From positions 23,664 to 87,663 of the IMG/VR virus record IMGVR_UViG_3300025617_000013: a DNA stretch of 64,000 bases. The stretch is one strand, 5' to 3'. This DNA comes from a virus. The notes beneath the pieces were generated by a model that saw nothing but the letters and a program-made list of their open reading frames with translations, was not told the origin of the DNA and did no database searches. Below, in pieces: positions 57,646 to 64,000 of this stretch (within the stretch, counting starts at the first letter, position 1; each line of letters opens with the position of its first letter). Made by a program: the position numbers and the translations under genes.

Positions 57646-60600
57646 AGATAACCCCATAGTCTCCGGCTCATTAGATATACAAAATGATGTAACGGCTTCA
57701 AACTTACTACTCCGAGGTACAGCTTCTGGGGTATTTTCTGGTTCATTTTTAGGGGATGGATCACAGCTTTCCGGTGTAACATCTTATACAGATTCAGATA
57801 CACTCACCTATATTAATACATTAGGGGTACTATCAGGTTCAGCACAAATAGCATCTGATATATCTGGTTCATTTACAGATTTGTCTAGTTCAATTCAAGG
57901 TAGAGTAGCAGCTCAAGAAAGCTTCAGCTCATCATTAAGTACTACAGAACTAATACTATCAGGTTCTTTTTCAGGAAGTTTTATTGGTGATGGATCTCAA
58001 CTATCAGGAGTTACTTCATATACAGATTCAGATACTTTAGCCTTTATAAATTCAAAAACAGTACTATCAGGTTCGATTGCAGAACTTACATCAGTTACAG
58101 CTTCATTTTTGAATACAGGTTCGGTAACTATACCGCATGGCTTCAATTCAAAGAACGTCTCTATCGCCGTTTATGATGATAGTGATATACTTATTATACC
58201 CCAAGAAATTGCACTCGTTAGCAACAATGCTGTTAAGGTAACTTTTGGAGGGTTAACTTCTGGATTTGCTGTAGTAGCAAAAGGTGGACATATAGTATCA
58301 GGTTCTGTACCGGTACCTCAATTATCAACAGTTGCAGATTCATTTACATCTACAACTTCTCATACAGTCACACATAACTTTAATACTAAAAACGTAATAG
58401 TATCGGTATATGAAGGAGATAATTATATTATACCAGATACAATAACTACCCCTACAGACAATACTGTTGAAGTTACCTTCCCTGAAGCGATTTCAGGTAG
58501 AGTGGTAGTGGTAAAGTCTGGACATATAGTATCAGGTTCTATACCATACAGTAACTTATCTAATACACCAACACTTCTTTCATCTTCAGCTCAAATAGCA
58601 TCTGATATTTCAGGTTCGTTTACCTCTCTTAGTTCTTCATTTCAAGGAAGAATTTCTACTAATGAAGATAATATTGGATCATTAACGGCTAGTACGTCTT
58701 CTTATGCATTAAAAGAACAAATCTCAGGTTCGTTTACTTCGGTTTCACAATCATTTGCATCAGAAAGACTTAAAAATACTACGGATACATTAGATGGGGA
58801 TTTAACTGTAACAGGAACAATAACTGCTCAAGAATTTCATACAGAATTTGTTTCTTCTTCTATTATTTATCAATCAGGTTCAACACAGTTTGGAGATACA
58901 TCTGACGATACTCATATTTTTACCGGTACTGTAGGTATAGGTACGAGTAGTCCTTCTACTTTACTTACTGCTGATTTAGGCGCAAGTGGAAATATTGCAC
59001 ATTTTGAGGGTAACAGTAATGTTCATTTAAGAATTGGAGAATCTTCAGGAGATATGTACTTAAATGCTAATAATGGCAACGCTACCATTGCATTTCAAAC
59101 AAATACTGTAGAACGTATGCGTATTGACTCTAGTGGGAATCTAAATTTTAGCACCGCAGATGGAGTAGGAATTACATTTAAGGAATCAGGATTTATTACC
59201 ATTGACTCGGATAACAACGATTCTAGTAGAAACTTCCAATTTAAGGACGGTAGTGGTAGTACGTTAATGACTTTACTCGATACAGGTAATGTAGGTATCG
59301 GAATAACTGATCCTCAAAATAGATTATCCCTGGGCTCTACTCAAGGAAGTGGTATTGACTTCCTGTACGATGCTACTAATACATATAAAAACCAGATAAA
59401 AAACTATTGGAACTCTAGTACAGATACTAGAATGGATTTCAATATCGGTAGAACAGCTAATGTTACACCTGTAACTGTTATGTCCGTAGGATATAATAGT
59501 AACGTAGGTATAGGTACTACAAGTCCAACTGAAAAATTGGAAGTTAATGGAACTGGTAGATTTACAAATTCATCAACCGCTATTGGTATAATACTTAATA
59601 GAGGTTTAGATGTTAATTCTGTAGGAGAAGCAGGAGTTGGTATGCAATTAGGTGCATTAGACGGTTCTACATATAAAGAAGGTGTAACCATGTACGGCTC
59701 TTTAAAATCAAACGGAGACGATGGTGGATTTACCGTGCAAGTCAGAAAGTCAAATGTTATGCAAACTCGTTTTACTATAAATGAAGACGGTAACGTAGGA
59801 ATCGGTACGACTTCGCCTTCAAGTGGTGCTAAATTAGACGTAAATGGAAGTTTAGCTATAGCTAATACAGGTCAACTTAATCTTACCCGTACTTTGGATA
59901 CTAATAATCTTTGGTACGGGATGAGATATGATAATGATGAAGTTCAAATTTATACATATTACCCATCAAACAGGAGTATAACTTTCAATACTGTTTCTGG
60001 AGGAACAGGAATTACCAATCAATTAATGAAAATTGAAGCTGGCGGTAACGTAGGTATAGGTACGACTAGTCCTGAACAGAAAATGCATATTGAAGGAGCA
60101 TCATTAACCGTAAATAGAGCAAATGATGACAGTTCTGTTGCTTTTCAAAATTCGGCAACTAATGCAACTTGGAGAATTGGTAGAGATTATTCTAATTCAG
60201 AAGCATTGACTTTTGCTTATTCCGTATCCGGCTACCCTTCTTTAACTGGTAATACAATAACGGTAATTGATACAAGCGGTAACATAGGTATCGGTACGAG
60301 TAGTCCAGCTGCTAAATTAGATGTTTACGGTTCTTCGAATAGTGCTGATAATATGATTGAGCTAATAAACTCAAAATACGACAGCACAGACACAACAGGA
60401 GAAACAGGTATACTGTTTGGATGGAATAATCACGTTGCAGCAAGAATAACTGCTTTTAAAGAAGGTACTGTAAATCGAACAGGTTTTAAAATTATAGGAG
60501 AAGCTGGGTTTAACGTACCTACAACAATTGCTACGTTTAGATCAACAGGTTTAGTAGGGATAGGTACTACAAGTCCATCGGATCCTTTACATATACTTTC

Positions 60601-61735
60601 ATCGACTAACATAACCAGATTTGAATCCTCTACTACTGGACTATATAATACTTATAAAAATTCAAATGGAATATTTGGGTATGTAGGAACTGGTTCTCAA
60701 ACAGTTTCAGGAGGTGGTTCTGATGATTTTGGTATACAATCAGCTAACAATTTTGTAATAGCTACAGGTGGGAATACGGAACGTATGCGTATTACAAGTG
60801 GGGGTCAAGTTAATATCGGATATAATGGCACTGCAAGAGGTAGTGTTAATACTGTTTTAATGGTTGGTAAAACAGGAGCAACTTACCTTGAAATAAATGG
60901 AGGAGATACATCTGGACAAGGAGGATTGTTGTTTGCAGATGGTTCTGGAGGAGCGTATGGTTTAATAAATTACCTTCACGCTTCTGACGAAATGCAGTTT
61001 TATACTGCTGAAGCAGAACGTATGCTCATCACCTCAAGTGGTATTATTCAAACAAATGTTACTAAACCATTAGGAAGTGATACTCCTAACTTAAGGTTAA
61101 AAGTTACTCCTACAGGTACTAATTATTCCTCAGGTGCTTATGTTAATATAGTTTTTGGAGATGAAACTGTTACCAATAGTTATCTTGGAGACATACAAGT
61201 AGTTCAAGGAGATCCTTCCATCAGTACAGCAACTACAATGAGATTTCTTACAAATTCAGGAGGAGGTAATGCTGCTACTCAAGAACGTATGCGTATTCTA
61301 CCAAGTGGGGGGATTACCTTCAACGGAGATACTTCTACTTCAAATGCTTTAGATGATTATGAAGAAGGTACTTGGACGCCTACTTTTCCTGACGCAGGTA
61401 ATGTTAGTTCGGTAGCTATTTCTGGAACAGCTGTCTATACAAAAATAGGAAGAATAGTTCATTTAGCTTTAGAAGTAAGCGGCCAATTCATTTCTACAGG
61501 TACTGAATCTTTATTCTCTTTTACACTTCCTTTTACAGCCGCTTCCACTACTATGGATCATGTTGGAACTGCAACTTTTTTTATAGGCACTGGTGCTAAT
61601 AGATTCGGTATGGGTAGTGTTTTTCAAGGAACCACAACCAACAGCAAAACATATGTATACATACCAGCAAGAGAAGTACAGCAATCAGGAACTTGGGGAC
61701 AAATGAGAATTAGTTTAACATATTTTGCATTATAA
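57638..61735 (+). CDS. Tail fibre protein 4
   Basis: N-terminal segments shared with 45188, anchor domain, GNVGIG repeats and a 'DDYEEGTWTP' tip domain. Confidence 0.8.
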   Translation: MIIDNPIVSGSLDIQNDVTASNLLLRGTASGVFSGSFLGDGSQLSGVTSYTDSDTLTYINTLGVLSGSAQIASDISGSFTDLSSSIQGRVAAQESFSSSLSTTELILSGSFSGSFIGDGSQLSGVTSYTDSDTLAFINSKTVLSGSIAELTSVTASFLNTGSVTIPHGFNSKNVSIAVYDDSDILIIPQEIALVSNNAVKVTFGGLTSGFAVVAKGGHIVSGSVPVPQLSTVADSFTSTTSHTVTHNFNTKNVIVSVYEGDNYIIPDTITTPTDNTVEVTFPEAISGRVVVVKSGHIVSGSIPYSNLSNTPTLLSSSAQIASDISGSFTSLSSSFQGRISTNEDNIGSLTASTSSYALKEQISGSFTSVSQSFASERLKNTTDTLDGDLTVTGTITAQEFHTEFVSSSIIYQSGSTQFGDTSDDTHIFTGTVGIGTSSPSTLLTADLGASGNIAHFEGNSNVHLRIGESSGDMYLNANNGNATIAFQTNTVERMRIDSSGNLNFSTADGVGITFKESGFITIDSDNNDSSRNFQFKDGSGSTLMTLLDTGNVGIGITDPQNRLSLGSTQGSGIDFLYDATNTYKNQIKNYWNSSTDTRMDFNIGRTANVTPVTVMSVGYNSNVGIGTTSPTEKLEVNGTGRFTNSSTAIGIILNRGLDVNSVGEAGVGMQLGALDGSTYKEGVTMYGSLKSNGDDGGFTVQVRKSNVMQTRFTINEDGNVGIGTTSPSSGAKLDVNGSLAIANTGQLNLTRTLDTNNLWYGMRYDNDEVQIYTYYPSNRSITFNTVSGGTGITNQLMKIEAGGNVGIGTTSPEQKMHIEGASLTVNRANDDSSVAFQNSATNATWRIGRDYSNSEALTFAYSVSGYPSLTGNTITVIDTSGNIGIGTSSPAAKLDVYGSSNSADNMIELINSKYDSTDTTGETGILFGWNNHVAARITAFKEGTVNRTGFKIIGEAGFNVPTTIATFRSTGLVGIGTTSPSDPLHILSSTNITRFESSTTGLYNTYKNSNGIFGYVGTGSQTVSGGGSDDFGIQSANNFVIATGGNTERMRITSGGQVNIGYNGTARGSVNTVLMVGKTGATYLEINGGDTSGQGGLLFADGSGGAYGLINYLHASDEMQFYTAEAERMLITSSGIIQTNVTKPLGSDTPNLRLKVTPTGTNYSSGAYVNIVFGDETVTNSYLGDIQVVQGDPSISTATTMRFLTNSGGGNAATQERMRILPSGGITFNGDTSTSNALDDYEEGTWTPTFPDAGNVSSVAISGTAVYTKIGRIVHLALEVSGQFISTGTESLFSFTLPFTAASTTMDHVGTATFFIGTGANRFGMGSVFQGTTTNSKTYVYIPAREVQQSGTWGQMRISLTYFAL

Positions 61736-61750
61736 TAATAGTAAATAAAA

Positions 61751-62002
61751 ATGGCATTAACAAAACAAAAAGTACAAGATAAAGTAGAAATAGTATCTAC
61801 TTTTAAACACATTCAAATTCGTTACTCTAATCAAATATTAGAAGATGGAGTAGTAATTTCTGATTCATTTGAGCGTACCGTAGTATCTTGCGGTGAATAC
61901 GATAAAGCAGATGAACATAACGTAAGAGCAATAGCAGATGCAGTTTGGACAGAAGAAATAGTTGAAGCATATCAAGCCTCTCAAGTACAAACAGTAGAGT
62001 AA
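61751..62002 (+). CDS. 83-aa putative fibre assembly/tip partner protein
   Basis: Paralogue of 57360, with the same 'VWTEEI..AYQASQ.QTVE' ending. Confidence 0.65.
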   Translation: MALTKQKVQDKVEIVSTFKHIQIRYSNQILEDGVVISDSFERTVVSCGEYDKADEHNVRAIADAVWTEEIVEAYQASQVQTVE

Positions 62003-62004
62003 AA

Positions 62005-62012
62005 TATTTATA
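62005..62012 (+). promoter_or_regulatory. TATTTATA putative late promoter
   Basis: 31 nt upstream of ATG 62036. Confidence 0.65.
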
Positions 62013-62035
62013 AACAAAGCACCAAAGCATAACTA

Positions 62036-64000
62036 ATGAAAATATACAACCCCACAGGATTTAGCTCAAATCTAACAGGATCTTTTACAGGATCATTTAA
62101 AGGAGAGTTCGACGGAATATTCTCTGAAGAAACCTCAAATAATATTTCAGGAGCATTTGAGGAAGTATCCTCTTCTTTATCAGCACGTATATCTTCAAAT
62201 GAAAGTAATGTTAGTTCTTTAAATTCTTCTACTTCTTCCTACCTTTTAAACTCCACAGATACTTTAGATGGAGATTTAACTGTTACGGGAACAATCACGG
62301 CCCAAGAATTTCATACAGAATTTGTTTCTTCTTCAATAATCTATGAATCAGGTTCAACTAAGTTTGGAGATACTTCTGATGATATTCATTCATTTTCAGG
62401 CTCTTTAAGAGTAAAAGGTTCAGGAGATCATTATTTCACTGACGGTAACGTAGGTATTGGTACGACTAGTCCTGGTAGTTACGACACTGCTATAATAGGC
62501 AGCGGTCATAAGTTCTTAAACGTTCAAGCTAGCTCTACTAATTACGCAGTACAAACATTAGCAGGTAATAGCAGTACAAATGGAAATAGACTAGGTTATT
62601 TAACTTTTGTTAATAACAATAATAGCGCCACTTATAAATATTCTGCTTGGATAGGTTCTGAAATAGAAGGTACAACTGCAAACAAACAAGGTGGAAGGTT
62701 AATTTTCTCAACTACTTCAGATAATTCAACAGCTGGACCTATTGAACGAATGCGCATTAACGCATCAGGTAACGTAGGTATCGGGACTACTAGTCCTAGT
62801 GCTAAGTTACAAGTTACTGGAGCAAGTGGAGCAATCTCAGGTACGGGAATGACGTACTTAAATAATTCAGATGATGCATTTTCTTTAGTAATTAACAATG
62901 CAGGTAATTCATCTCAAAATGATAGAGGCGTATTTGATGCTAGAGTAGGAGATAGTTCTGTGTTTAGGATAAATAACTCTGGCAACGTAGGGATCGGAAC
63001 GACTAGTCCTGGAAGTAGAAGACTAAGCGTTGTTAAAGATAGTGGTATTACCTCTGGTTTTAATGATATAACAGAGTTTTTAGATACAACTTTAGGTGGT
63101 GGTGGTTCAGTAAGTTTAAATATTGGTAGAGCAAATAGTACTAAAAACTTAGGTAAAATGGCGTTTAAATATGCCAGCTCAGGCTCTAATAATAACGAAT
63201 TGAACTTTGGGTTTTATGATGCTGATAATTTGATGACCATACAAGCAGGCGGTAACGTTGGGATCGGGACGACTAGTCCAGCATCTAAACTACATATAAA
63301 AACGTCTGTTGATAATAGTGTTGCTCAAGGATTAGTTATTGAGAGAAGCGCAAACAGTGATAAGGGTTATATAAATTATAACGGAGGTGGATTTCAGTTT
63401 AGGTCAACAGTGGGGGACCCTATTGTATTTGGTGAAACAGACGCTGAACATATGCGAATCTTGCCTGACGGTAACGTCGGTATCGGAACGACTAATCCTG
63501 CTAAAAAACTTACGGTTAATGGTAGCTTTAAACTTGGTACAAATGCTTATATTGAATACGGAGGTGTTTATCCTTATACTATAACAACTGCAAATACAGC
63601 AGCAGTTGGTAATTTGGTTTTTAGTGCAGGTTTAGGAAGTGCTGCATACGAATCAAAAATAGATTTACAAGGAACTAACGCAGCAGGCGTTGCTGGTATA
63701 ACATTATCCACTGCTGCAACTGCTAGAATGGTTGTAACTGCAGACGGCAACGTAGGTATAGGTAGGACTGATCCTGGAGCAAAAATGGCTTTTGGAAATT
63801 TTGTAGATACAAACGGATATGATATAGGTACAATACGTTTTTATGATAATAATGATGGTATAATCTACGGTATTGGTGTAAGTAATAATCAATTTAATTT
63901 AAGAGCTGGTACAACTTCTGATGGTTTTGCTTTTTGGGCTGGAACTAGCCATAGAATGCAAATTCAAGCAACCACCGGTAACGTAGGAATCGGTACGACT
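62036..64000 (+). CDS. Tail fibre protein 5, 3'-truncated (not in the ORF track)
   Basis: Begins MKIYNPTGFSSNLTGSF..., contains the anchor 'STDTLDGDLTVTGTITAQEFHTEF' and GNVGIG repeats up to the window end. Confidence 0.8.
   Translation, partial: MKIYNPTGFSSNLTGSFTGSFKGEFDGIFSEETSNNISGAFEEVSSSLSARISSNESNVSSLNSSTSSYLLNSTDTLDGDLTVTGTITAQEFHTEFVSSSIIYESGSTKFGDTSDDIHSFSGSLRVKGSGDHYFTDGNVGIGTTSPGSYDTAIIGSGHKFLNVQASSTNYAVQTLAGNSSTNGNRLGYLTFVNNNNSATYKYSAWIGSEIEGTTANKQGGRLIFSTTSDNSTAGPIERMRINASGNVGIGTTSPSAKLQVTGASGAISGTGMTYLNNSDDAFSLVINNAGNSSQNDRGVFDARVGDSSVFRINNSGNVGIGTTSPGSRRLSVVKDSGITSGFNDITEFLDTTLGGGGSVSLNIGRANSTKNLGKMAFKYASSGSNNNELNFGFYDADNLMTIQAGGNVGIGTTSPASKLHIKTSVDNSVAQGLVIERSANSDKGYINYNGGGFQFRSTVGDPIVFGETDAEHMRILPDGNVGIGTTNPAKKLTVNGSFKLGTNAYIEYGGVYPYTITTANTAAVGNLVFSAGLGSAAYESKIDLQGTNAAGVAGITLSTAATARMVVTADGNVGIGRTDPGAKMAFGNFVDTNGYDIGTIRFYDNNDGIIYGIGVSNNQFNLRAGTTSDGFAFWAGTSHRMQIQATTGNVGIGTT

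Noticed and set aside
54173-61735. Diversity-generating retroelement acting on the fibre tips
   Set aside because: No reverse transcriptase in the window, and differences between the similar tip regions are not adenine-specific or confined to a TR/VR pair.
1381-63892. Numerous minus-strand and nested ORFs of 60-156 aa in the ORF track
   Set aside because: They lie within or overlap long + strand genes, have shadow compositions (Pro/Val/Ser-rich antisense of Gly/Thr/Glu codons) and show no recognisable motifs.
47688-64000. ~30-nt repeats as a CRISPR array
   Set aside because: Repeats are degenerate, in frame within coding sequence and spaced irregularly by hundreds of nt; no cas operon is present (the Cas4-like exonuclease is a typical phage replication gene).
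1-64000. Alternative genetic code (TAG or TGA recoding, as in some large phages)
   Set aside because: Core genes are intact under the standard code, TAG ends genes at sensible boundaries (for example 10993, 26887, 47215), and coding density is already near complete.

Overview
A 64 kb segment of a large, AT-rich, T4-superfamily-like tailed dsDNA phage, with every credible gene on the + strand. Standard genetic code; no tRNA, rRNA, CRISPR array or transposon was seen. From left to right: (1) the 3' part of a giant tail protein with an S74 chaperone domain, then a glycosyltransferase-like gene. (2) A mixed block with primase, PD-(D/E)xK exonuclease, GIY-YIG-like protein, mini-kinase, P-loop kinase, HIGH nucleotidyltransferase fused to a zincin, and a HAD phosphatase. 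(3) Large modular acidic proteins. (4) The head module: terminase large subunit, portal, prohead protease, scaffold and major capsid protein. (5) PhoH and neck/tail-completion genes. (6) A tandem array of at least five paralogous GNVGIGTTSP-repeat fibre genes running off the right end. Starts lack Shine-Dalgarno motifs, suggesting a Bacteroidota-type host (inference). The best candidate novel system is a capsid-cargo programme: many non-structural enzymes carry a short N-terminal 'MKLsxIIxE' leader, and several large proteins look like polyproteins of small shuffled modules joined by [ILVM]-x-E sites. This matches T4 gp21-type prohead-protease specificity, and most of these genes lie downstream of a recurrent TATTTATA motif that also precedes the structural genes. 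Other highlights: a GC-rich three-way-junction RNA leader, DNA-level conservation of the fibre repeats, and a pervasive [ST]-[GAS]-S tripeptide in virion proteins. All annotations come from motif reading by eye; no database searches were run.
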